DNA from: Lepidodermella squamata
Lineage: Eukaryota > Animalia > Gastrotricha
Direction: 5' to 3'
Assembly (NCBI GenBank): GCA_047495785.1
Contig: JBLDXI010000021.1
Span: forward strand, 806,001-870,000
Length of the DNA stretch: 64,000 nucleotides
Shown one piece after another: positions 23,777-34,866 of the stretch. The position numbers and the translations under genes were made by a program. The first letter of the stretch is position 1, and each line of letters opens with the position of its first letter. The notes under the pieces are model-generated. The model worked only from the letters and a program-made list of their open reading frames with translations, did not search any database and was not told the origin of the DNA.

Positions 23777-26700
23777 ACTGTAAAGATAAAGTATGAAGTA
23801 TGATCAGCCCGATGGTCGATTGCTTGCTGAAAAAATATATCACTGGGATTCGGTATATATTTGGCCAGTAGGTGAGAATTGTTGACAATTCAAGGCAGGG
23901 ACTGGGTGAGAGTTTTCAACTTCGGAAGAAAAAGACAGGGACCAAACAGATAGATCACGCAGAACTCGAGATCGGCGAACTCGAAGGGACCAGCCGATTT
24001 TTTGCATTAATAGCGCGCCAAAACAAAATGTCAAAGTCATAAAAGTTTAATCAGCAATACCTCTTAAAAACAATTATAAATAATTTTTGATAAATTTTAA
24101 TTAAGATTGTCTTACGCCGCTGCGCTGCGCTTGCAGCGTGGCGTAATGGGCAGGTCCCAATTTGGCAATTTGGATAACAGAGGAAAGTGAGGCGACCAAT
24201 CTCAAAGATCATAAGGGGGCGTATTAGATTGTGATCCCAGACCTTTTGTCTCAATTTCGACGAGATATCAGACGTTAGACAGGCTGTCGACTTCACCTGA
24301 TTCGCCTAGATGCCTTGAAAAAACAGCTTGAAATATCAGATCTTCCATTCACAAGAGTTAAGAGTTCGAGTAGAGAAGTGGTCAGATGTTCGTGGCATTG
24401 AGCAAGTCACCCAGCCCTAGCTAAACGATCAGAGCATGCTGTCAGCGTGGCGATGCGTTTTCAATTTGATTCACTGCATGACACCAACGAGTATCGGCGC
24501 GTTTGATCCGCCGTTTCCACTCAGTTTTACAAGCTCCCACAAGCTCTCATCGGAATTCTTCATTCAGTTTTATTGTGCTCAGTTGCGTATCTCAATCTGT
24601 CCGTAGAGGTATGATTTCACTGCGCAATGAAATGCTCAGGTAAGGATCGTTCAAAGTGGATAATGATGAATGATAAGCATCTACACTTCTGCGCTTATTG
24701 ATGATTCTGAACTCCGAATTTCTCTCGGTTCCATCACGCTTCCAACGAAAAATATGCCAACTCAAAATCAAAATTGGAAGCACAATTGCGCTCGATAGAT
24801 TAATCTCGAAGGAATTCAGCCGGTAAATTTCTGAGAAGATCTAGAAGTTCAAGAGTAATCGAGAGGAATAAAAGTAACATAAACTAATTGGATTGAGGCC
24901 GATGGCCGATATCAATATTATTCCATTTGCGAAGAACTCTCAGGGTAGCTTCATCTCTCAGCATTATGCTTCTGCTCTCTTTAGATGCGTATTAAGGTTA
25001 GATCTCGGAATGCGTACCATTAGAGGAATTAGCTCTATCATATAACAGCGTTCTTCCGATAATAGTTTTTCGAATATAAAACTAAACAATTACTGATGAC
25101 GAGGTATTGAATAGATCTTAGCCATGTCGTAGAGAAGCTTTCTTCCGATATTACTTGCTCTTTATTAGATACGAAACTCACATTTTATTGATCACTGAAA
25201 TCACTGATCAGTTATTAATTTTAACTGAATGATAGCGCAGCGTGATTAACCTCATTGAGATTCTGGATTCTGGAATGACTCCGGAGATTCTCAAGGAGCA
25301 GCAATCCTGTAATAATAATAAAACGTGAGCTGACATGAGTTCAGCGAAACCTAAATTGTGTGCTCGAGGCATTAGGGTATGTTTTCTATAAATCAGATTA
25401 TCTTAACCTATAAGTCATGTGCTCGGAGTTCGGATGCTGAACAAAAATAAACAATATCAACAATGTTGAACATTGTTCTATAAAAACAACGGAAACCCTG
25501 CCTTTGACCTAGAAAAAAGTGTGGGTGTTGAGAGTGTCTCATCTGCGAATCATAACGCACAAGAGAAGCGGGAATTGTAGTCTGCAATCATATTTCAATG
25601 GCATTGCAGGCGTCGTGTGACAGCAATATAGAAAATAGAAAGTGGATGAAACGATGATCAGTGAAAATCAGAAGTCTTTCATACAGGACAATTGATCGAC
25701 TACTATCGAACGGTGTGAATAAGTGTTACAGTGATAAAACACACCTCAGTGAAGAGGCGTTCTGCTTTGATCATCGTAGGCTGATGATAATGTTGAATTG
25801 AAGGCGAAGGGGCATTGGAAATGTATCGTTTGTGAATCAGAAGCGCAATCAGAGTCATTTTAGCTATTTGCAATCTCATCTTAACTGCAACGACGCAGGC
25901 TTCAGTGATTTTCAGTGAAATACTCAGTTGACTAAATCATTGAAATACTTCTCACGATGTCGCGGCTTCGTTTGTCTTTGCTCATTTTGAAACGGAAATT
26001 GTCTCAACCGTTCTTTGCGTATCAGTTGTCAGTGTGATTATGGATTATGCACATCTCATTGATACCGATGGAGTGGTTCTGAGCCTACCGTCTCGCCAGT
26101 GGCGCAGTTAATACTCCACTGCTCCTCTTCTCACATTGGACCTGCGAGACGGAGCGAGCAGGGCGAGCAGAGTGGGGTAGGTCTCACGCGGCATTTGTTG
26201 TTCTACCTCCTTTTGAAACAGAACCCTCCCTCAATAAGTTCTTCTCGTGTGGCGCAGTTAATACTGCTCTGCCGCACGGCTTCCTTAGTTTTCAAACAGG
26301 ACTGTGCGACAACCGTGTAACGATGCTGCTCTCGTCGATGTTTTCGCCTCTCACTTACAAAATCTGTCGATGAGGGTAAAGCCAGCACGAGCAGTCTCCC
26401 CTCTAAATTAGGCGAGACCTAATTTGCATAATAATAATGCAGAATTTGAATATTCACAGAAAAAAATCTAATTAAAACAAGTATTCATAAAAATTAAAAA
26501 AATCTTCAAGAGATTAATAGTATTTGAAGTCTTGAGCTGCCGCAGGTGTTACGGACGGAGAAAAACTGAGGGGTCGGCTTCCGACTAACAGCAGTCCCCC
26601 TCCGGGGACCTGCCCATTCAGATAGAATTTTAACCGCATGAGATTTGGAGCCAGTCGAGTATGACGAGTGACCAACCCTGCGTTCCCAGCAAACCCATGA

Positions 26701-26785
26701 GCAAGCCCGGAAATCTGTGGCTCGCAGAAGCCGTTTCTTGACATTTATGACCTCAAAGAAGTCGGTTCACTTCCCCTCAGGCTTA

Positions 26786-26883
26786 CCGTAAATTCCGAAA
26801 TACAAGCCCAGGCGGCGCTCTTTGTCGGCACTTTGATGTTCTTTGTAGTGCCGCCTGCTGGGCTTGTATTTGAATATTTACGG
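26786..26883. mobile_element. ~98-bp Tc2/pogo-type MITE
   Basis: Imperfect ~35-bp TIRs ccgtaaat...aaatacaagcccaggcggc / gccgcctgctgggcttgtattt...atttacgg; CCGTA termini; TA on the left and CA on the right (decayed TA target-site duplication). Confidence 0.65.
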
Positions 26884-28020
26884 CATACAACAGTGACGAT
26901 TTAGCCTAATTCAGCATTTCTCGCACGAATTGCCAGCAGAATAGCCAGCCTGATTTCATGAAAGTTTCCAATACATTCAGTGAAGGAAAATCTCTTGGTA
27001 TTAGATTCGTCCAGATTCGACGCATGGCTGAGCCGCAGAGCTGAAAATTATACGTTGCGAAATGAACTTGATGTCGTTGATTATAGGCCTGTTTTGGCAC
27101 AACTCTTGTGGCTAGTGGCTAGTCAGAGAATGCATTCATTTAAGCTCAGTGACTAGCTTTCGTTCGACCGCTCCTTATCATTATCGATCATTAAATAAGC
27201 AAAAATTAGGGGCTTGAAACATACCAAATAGGGAAGAAAAGGGTATAATATTTTAAATACTTCGCCCCCTCAAACTGTTTTGCAACTGCGAGAAAAATGA
27301 TCTCCTCTCAAAACGCTAGCGACCGATATGAAGCTTCTCTCTTTAATCCATTCGGTAGAATGCCGTTTGAAAATGTGCTTATATTGCTCTATCCGCCACG
27401 GTTTCTCATGATTAAATTCTATAGAACCGCTTGACCACTTGTCATGCTCTTTGTGAAGATTGCACATGTCGAACTCGAGCACATGGTTTATTGTTTATTA
27501 GGATGCAATGTTCTGATAGGTATATATTGAGTCCTATTCACTTGTCTGTTATATGGGTGGAAACTGTCAACTTTTACAAAAGATGTACCTTCATTGTTGG
27601 AAATTAATGAATGTTATGTATTATGCCCGCCATTTGCAGTCAACCCCTCTTCTCTTCCAGCCTGGGAGATCTCTATAATCAGATGCCAAGTAAATTATCT
27701 GATGTTTTGAGCATTGTCTTGATTAACGACCAATTCTAATGTAGTGTTGTGCCTTCATGCCTTCACGCCAACACGCGCTTCCAGCAAAAACCTGTGTGAC
27801 TGCCCTCAAATCACGATGTTTTCTATTTTGTCTGAATGCCGGCACGCGAAGTGAATCCGATGAGCAACACGCGATCGTCATCAGTTGTCTCAGGATCAGG
27901 AGTGGTCACTTGAATGAATAACAACTGTTGGCGCCATTACCGTCTCGACAAAACGCTGATAAATAGGGGGAAACGAGTGTGCTGAACTACATTCATCTCA
28001 TATTGTAGTTTGTAGAAGAA

Positions 28021-30781
28021 ATGGTTTCAATGAATTTGGTTGTCCTGTTTTTGGTCGCATTCGTAGTCAACGAAGCTGCCAGCCAAAACGCTACTGAACC
28101 TGATCCGAATGTTTTCTGCTTCGGATGCGCATCGCGTCGCAACCACAAGGATCTGTATGCGAACCCGAATGATTGCCACACGTACTATCAGTGCTTCTAC
28201 AACGGCGATGGCACAGCAACCGGTATCTTGCGCGCCTGCCAAAGCGGCACCTTCTTCCACGAGGACGTTCTCCAGTGCCTGCCCGAGGGCAGCGAGGCCT
28301 GTCAAGATCGTTGCCTTGACGTCAATGTTTCCAACGCTGGATGCTACGCCGCCAACAACAGCTGTTCGACGTTCTACGTCTGCGATAACTCGCTCAGCCT
28401 GCAGCTCTGCTGCCCGCCCCAAACCCGCTTCAACGCCTCGTCCTGCCAATGCGATGCCGATGATACCTGCGTTGATTCGTGTCAAATCGTCGGGCCGGTT
28501 TCGACCACGGTCGCCTCGCCCATCAATATCAATGGCACCCTCTGCACGGACTCGTTCGGTCAGCTGTTGTCGCCCGCCGCCAACAAGTCGCATTACTACC
28601 TAAGCTACGACAACGAGACCGGCGCATCTTTCGAGCAGAAATGCCCGTCTAATCTTGTCTTCTCCGTCGAATCATGCCGCTGCGAGTACTCCGAAGCCGC
28701 CTCGCCTGATGTTCCAATCCCAGGATCGTGGCGTCAGTGCCAAGTCTACCTGCCATTCGACGTAGATATCACCGATCAGTCGGCCAATAGCTACGCTACT
28801 TTTGCCTATGGCGATTATAGCATCGAAAAGAACATCGTCAGCAAAGGCAGCGGCGCGTTGAAGGTTGAAAACGGCTGGATCGAAATTCCTGGCATGAAGA
28901 GTTTCGCACCGAACAACGCCGCTTCGTATTGCTTCTATTACAGGTTTGAATTTTTTCCTCCCAAAACCAGTGAAAAATATCGCCCATATAGATTTTAAAA
29001 CTGATTAGCTTGAAAATTAGTTTGAATAGCCATATTTCGCAAGGTCAACATGAAAATAATTTTTTTGATGATCTTTTCAAGCGATCTGGCACTAGATATC
29101 ACGAAATTTCTTGAAATATTTTTTATTTTACTCCAAAAATTTAAATTGACATCGATCCACCTAAAATCCCAACAGGTTATTTTCAAATAAAGGTTTATTG
29201 TCAAATTCCCAAGGGTTTTATCTTCCTTTTCTGCTAACCCCTAGCGTGAAATCGGAAAATTTGCAGCCTATAAAAAATCAGTTACAATATTTCTTTCCTA
29301 TAGGTGCGCCAATGACTCAAACTGCAATCAGGGTGGTATTATTGGCAACCGAAAAGATGGAGCCAGCGATGAGTTCTCATTTGTCACGGACCAGTCTGCT
29401 AACGGCTCGACAGTCGCCAGTATTTCACTGTCCACCAGCCAGGGAATCTACTCCAGCGTCATCAATGCGTCCCAGAGCGCCAGCTACCAGAATTACACTC
29501 AAATCTGCGTCGTTTACAACGGCTCGACTGTCACCATTTACAACAACAACGTAAAAACGCAAATTTCATTATAAAAATGCCTTTAAATGTATTTTACTTC
29601 GAATTAATAGGAAGTCGTTGCTCAGCAAGCTGTCTCTGGCAAGGTTACTCCTGGCCATTGCCCGTACGCCATTGGTCACGATCAAGTTTTCGGCTACTTC
29701 AACGGCTACATCGATGAGGTTCTGATCTGCGACCGCGCTTTGACCCGTTCCGAGGTCATGGCTCACTGGTCAGGCCGCGTTTCGCTTCAAATCGCCGGTC
29801 TCGTTCCTGCTGACATCGTCATTCCAACCTACGACGCCACCCCGGCCCAACCCAGCCCGAATGGCGCCTGCGGCCACAACAAGTACTGGAACGCCGGTGA
29901 AAATTTGGCACCGGAACTTGCGGTCATTGGCGGCAAAGAAGCGAAGGAGGACGAGTTCCCATGGCTTGTCACCCTGATCTCATCTGGTTACCAGCAAATC
30001 TGTTCGGGCTCTCTGTTGAACAACAAGTACGTCCTCGCCGAGGGCTGGTGCTGCAACAACTGGCTCAATGCCTCAATTGACGTCACGACTATCAACGCTT
30101 ACTTTGGCATCACTGAAACCGGCTGGTCTGACGAGCTGGGCGGAATCAACGCTACCATCCCGCCTCCGAAATCATTCAAGTACCGCACATCGGTCGCTAA
30201 ATTGACGCTCCACCCGAATTTCATGTGGAATAGTTCAGCCACCAACTTCGACTTCTGTATGGTAGAGCTTCAAACTAACGTGAGTCTCGACTCGTGGGCC
30301 ATTCAACCGGTTTGCTTGCCGAGCTCGTGTAATAACACTTGCCAAGCTGGCGAATATCAGACCTTCTCTGGCGTCGGTGTTCGAGCTGCATGTAAGCGTC
30401 GATTCAGTTTATTTGCTACTCATGTTGATTTATTCTTTTTCAGACACCCACGATAGCAATTATTGGAACTTTTTGCCGAAGACTGTCATGTACCAGAACA
30501 TCCCGATTGTCACCGACGACGAGTGCGTTGAAGGCCTGAAAACAGTCGGCTGGACTACTGACCTAACCAACAACTTCTGTGTCGGCTACGTCCACAGTGG
30601 TGTCGGTGTTTCCCCGGCTAGCGGCGACGATGGTACCGGTTTCCTGTGCTACAAGAACGGCTACTTCCAACTCGACGGCATCATGTCAGTGTGGATGTAC
30701 AACGCGAATCGTGTTCCGATCGTCATCGGCAAAGTCTGCGCTGTTCTTGATTGGATTAGCTCTTTCATTGGATCAAACTAA
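28021..30781 (+). CDS. Secreted multidomain protein: signal peptide, ~3 chitin-binding (CBM14/peritrophin-A-like) repeats, LamG/ConA-like domain, inactive trypsin-fold domain (exons 28021-28943, 29304-29550, 29611-30391, 30444-30781)
   Basis: NPNDCHTYYQC...C.SGTFF and CPSNLVFS...C repeats; FNGYIDEVLICDRALT LamG motif; VIGGKEA..DEFPWLV...CSGSLL protease start; all introns GT-AG and frame-consistent. Confidence 0.85.
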
Positions 30782-31810
30782 TCATTGAAATGCCTCAAAA
30801 ACTTTTCCCAGTTAAAGGAGAATGATAGCGCTTTATAACTTTATTTCAAACTTCATATGACTATGATATTATATATAATCAAACAGTTGCTTTATACAAA
30901 TTCCAACACGAAATACAAATGGCAAATTGAAACATCGTCTTTCGAAAACAATAAAAGTTTTGACGTTGCTTACTCCTTCAATTATTCTCTACAAGCTATT
31001 GCGTATCATTTCCCTGCAAGTCGCTGAACATGCAAAAATTCCGCTTCGAAAATCGCGAAAATTTTTGAATACGCGTCATTTTGGCAAACTTTGGCAAATC
31101 TCCTGGGCGAACGGACCATCACAGGCGGGTAATTGGGGTAGTTGTCATATTAGCTGATAGCCCGTTCGATTCTCTACAAGCTATGGCGATTTCGACCGGT
31201 TTGATTACATTTGAATGGAGTGGTCATTTTTTGATCGGAAAATCGAAAAAATTTACACAGAAGTCAATGAGATTATTCCCGAAACTGGTATTTTTTATTT
31301 TTCCGATTGATGAAGTGAAGTCACCTTAATTTTAAATAAAAAAAATGGAAATTTCACATCCCGGTGACCAATTTTAAAATTACCAGTTTCAATACGGTTT
31401 GCGATAGCTGTCTGTTTGTTTCAAATTCTTGTAGCCAGATAGGTAATATTGCTCAAAAGGGCGATCAACAATTCATAAAATTGAAATTTTGGTGCACTGT
31501 CAAAGTCGAAAATCCGAAATCGCCCTTCTCGCCGTGAAAGGGTTTATCAGATGACCTTTAACTGGCAGTGTTGTTTGCTGGAAGTGGGGCTATTTACGCG
31601 ATTAACCTGGTTTTCAAAGAATTTAGACCCGCTTTTTATTTTAGAATCACATATATTAACGAGCCGTAATAAAAACGGGAATATAGCAATATAGCAATAA
31701 ATCATTTTATTGGTTCTTTTTTCAACAAAAACGCTCATCAAATTATTAGTCAAGAAGAAATCAATACCAAAAAAATCTATTTTGATGTTGAGTACCTATG
31801 CGTATATATT

Positions 31811-33239
31811 TTACCCATAAATTACGATTAATAACCAAAATATTGTTGTGAAAGCATTAAAAGAACAGCTAGTGAAACTGCCGTTTGTCACCGTTGTGGT
31901 GCTATCAGGTGACAAAGTCGTCGGGATAATAGGCGGCGCCGGATAGCAAGCTTTCTTTTTGTCTGCCAGGGCCAAACCTTGCAGGGCTTTGACGTAGTCC
32001 TCGAGCCAACAAGGCTCGCTGCAATTCCGGATGGATAGTTGAACAGGATCTCCAGTTGTATCATTCCGATAAAACGCTTTGACAAAATATCGATTGACCG
32101 CCTTGTCCTCATGCAATTCAGTAAGAACAGCTGAGTTGAATGAAGGCGTTTTTCTATTGAAATCGCCATAGGCTGCCAATAGGGTGGCCACCGTTGTATC
32201 GTGAGCCGAATAAATCCAATGTTTCTGAGGAATCGAACCCTTAGCCCTGAAATATTGATACATTTTCATTAAGGCAATTCTCCCAAAAACGGAACCAACT
32301 TGTCAGTAAAAACTTGCTGCAAATTACGAACCAGGTCACCACCCGCCCATCGTATCATTTCATCGTTGGCCACAAGGACGTTAATCCAAATATCTTGCCA
32401 TGATTCGATTTTGTCCAGCACAGTGGAATTTATCCATGCCGGTAACGGGAGACCCAGCATATTTTCGACGTGAATCGCATCGCCCATCACGCCCAATATC
32501 TGTTTGATATTTCCTGGAACCGTTATCCCAGCATTTTCGGCGATGTAGTCGAGCAACGCTTGATTCTGTGTTTGAATTTTTTGAATGGCAGGCGCGTTCT
32601 CCCACAGGTCGTCTTGAAGCTTGTTGTAGGGTGGGCATTTAATATCGCTTATCAGGAGATAATCTTCGGTCTTCGGAATTGTGTGAATTGGTATCGGTTG
32701 CCAAGATTCACCTAGGGCAGTTTTCATCCATTTCTGTAATCCAGTTGGCGGGTAGGCGCCGGCAAGGTGAGCTTCAGCACTCTGCAGAGTTCTTCAAATA
32801 AATTCTATTATTAAATATGTTTCTGGTTCTAGCCCATCTGGCCCGGGCACGTGGCTTACCGATCATGGTCAGTGCTTCGCACTTTAACATCATTCGGGCT
32901 GTATGAGTACTTGGAAGAGTTGAGAAAATTTTCGTAGCAGCCGCGAAACCATTCACCGAATTTGAACTGGTTTTCCATTCCGGCTTGCGTGAGCTGGCTA
33001 AAACCACCCCAAGGTGCCCAGTAGTCAGCTTGGTACGGATCCGTCGGATACGTAGCGTAGGGTGTCCGATCGCCATGGCGAATAAGAACCAAGGTGAATC
33101 GCAAAGTGTCGCCTGCGACGTCACCGCAATGATCAGGAAAGGATTCAGTAGCAGCAGTAAGGCTGGCAAAAATTAAGCTTGCGGCAGTAAAATAATTAAT
33201 CCTGAACGACTGGAACGCTGGCGGATAAACTCGAGCCAT
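31811..33239 (-). CDS. Histidine acid phosphatase (ACP2/ACPP family), paralog 1, putative GPI-anchored (introns 32859-32792, 32299-32247)
   Basis: RHGDRTP and SAHD motifs, WQPIPIHT, hydrophobic leader, and a Ser/Thr linker followed by a hydrophobic C-terminus with no cytosolic tail. Confidence 0.9.
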
Positions 33240-33932
33240 CGCTTTGCCGTACACTATATCGCAAGATAAAACATAAAATAACGAACACCGCAAGTTAATT
33301 TGAAAATAAAAATGACTATTTGATCTTTGCCTTAATGCGATTTTTCCCAATATTGTTGTGATAATCGCACGTGAAATAGATTAGAAGCGCGTGCATTTAT
33401 CTTCCATATATAAAAGTTAAAAATGAATGAATGATCCTCGGCTTTGAAAAAAAAAATCGGCACGTGCCGTTAGAGGGTAGAAATATAGTTACTAAAGCTT
33501 CAAGGAGAGGTCAAACGCGTTAAGGATGAACTGAATCGGAATAAGTGCGCATTCCTATGCAACCTTGCAATTTGAATCATTTGTTTATCGCGTACAACGC
33601 GCAGTTTTTTCATGGTTGCAGATATTTTTGCAATCATGTATTTTGATTGTTTAACGCCAGCAATGCTTATTTTCATTTCAATCATTTGCGTGTGAGGAGG
33701 AGCTCAGGGAACAACAGCTGATATAGCCCGTTGTTTTCGCCCGCCCAGCTTCAAGAAAACAAAGCGTCAAGTGCAATCATTTCTCGTTTATTGCAGTTTT
33801 ATCAGTTATCAGTCATGCAAATGTTCAGCAGATAAGTTATTTCACGATACTCGACAACACGTGGACAGCGCAGTGAGAACCTGGACCATCACGCAAGAAT
33901 GTCAGTCGAATCCATGACCTGAAAAGATAATA

Positions 33933-34069
33933 AAATATTAGCGTCAAAACTTGGTTCTCCAAAATTAGGGACATTAGGAGAGAAAATAAGTCTCAACGCT
34001 AGAAGTTCAACTATTTGGCATCCTTAACCACATAATCTGGATGAGCAGAGGATGTGCGGAACGTGCCAA
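33933..34069 (-). ncRNA. Candidate H/ACA-box snoRNA (host intron 3)
   Basis: Two hairpins (ttggca...tgccaa; tagcgttgagactt...aagttttgacgcta) ending ATA-ttt; the 5' hairpin is paralogous to those in 34420-34547 and 35301-35437; no clean H box seen. Confidence 0.5.
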
Positions 34070-34155
34070 GAAATTATAATAAATATCAAGCGGCTTACCT
34101 GAATGTCAGCAGGATTTCAGCGGATGGAACCATCGAGAACTGAAAAAACGAAAAC

Positions 34156-34335
34156 AAATGTAAGGAAGAGGCCGCATAACTAGGTAACCAGTTTGAAAAG
34201 AGCCCCATATGCTACGTTAATTTTGCTGCACCCACTAACGAAAACCATTGGTCAGCGAACCAGTTCAGCCGGAAATGAAACGCATTTCCGGATGCTCTGA
34301 TGGACAATGGCACGAACTCTCATTGGCAGCTACAA
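34156..34335 (-). ncRNA. Candidate long H/ACA-box RNA (host intron 2)
   Basis: Branched 5' domain with a perfect ccggaaatg/catttccgg hairpin, hinge AAATTA (ANANNA), 3' hairpin gcata...tatgc and terminal ACA-ttt. Confidence 0.55.
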
Positions 34336-34419
34336 CGCGTAAAATATAAATTGACAACTCACATTCAAGTCCACACATACTCGCCGCTTTGATATTGATC
34401 CTGAAATAGAACAAAAAAT

Positions 34420-34547
34420 TTAAGATTTCACGTATAAACTTTCAGGTTACAAGAAAAATGAAAGTAATTAATCATAAATTCTATTCTATGTTCGGCTATC
34501 TTTAACCACTAAAGCTAGATATTTGGCAGTAGTGCGGAACGTGCCGG
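34420..34547 (-). ncRNA. Candidate H/ACA-box snoRNA (host intron 1)
   Basis: 5' hairpin cggcacgttccgcacta...tagtggttaaagatagccg, H-box-like ATAGAA and a second hairpin actttca...tgaaagt; terminal box non-canonical. Confidence 0.45.
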
Positions 34548-34866
34548 TATAAAAGAATTTATAAAAATAATTCTCACCTGTTAATGAGCTGACCAACTTT
34601 CGAGCTGAAAAAAACGAAATAGCGAAAACCCAAGGGTTGATGAATCGGTTCAAGAATTGGTTATTTATTGCAATCGACAACATTTCAAAGAAAAGGAGCA
34701 CTCGGCGTGGTCAGAATGACATAAGAACAAGATTTTTACTCTCAGCAGAAGTGTATCGGTAACAAATAATAAAGAATCAAAGTTAAGACTATTTCATAAT
34801 CCCCCGCTACGCCTACGTTTGACCAGCCTAAAGTCTTGAATAAGGAGTACAAAACACGAAGCAGGT

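Larger units (their letters stand above)
33785..34604 (-). ncRNA. Putative non-coding snoRNA host transcript (exons 34604-34578, 34400-34363, 34139-34099, 33918-~33785)
   Basis: Strong donors (GTGAGA, GTGAGT, GTAAGC) and tttcag acceptors, AATAAA near 33790, no long ORF in the spliced product, and introns of 177-223 nt containing stable hairpins. Confidence 0.6.

Noticed and set aside
25500-26050. Decayed LINE endonuclease on the minus strand (HQPT and TDH-like motifs)
   Set aside because: Only isolated short motifs in broken frames; cannot be supported without a translated search.
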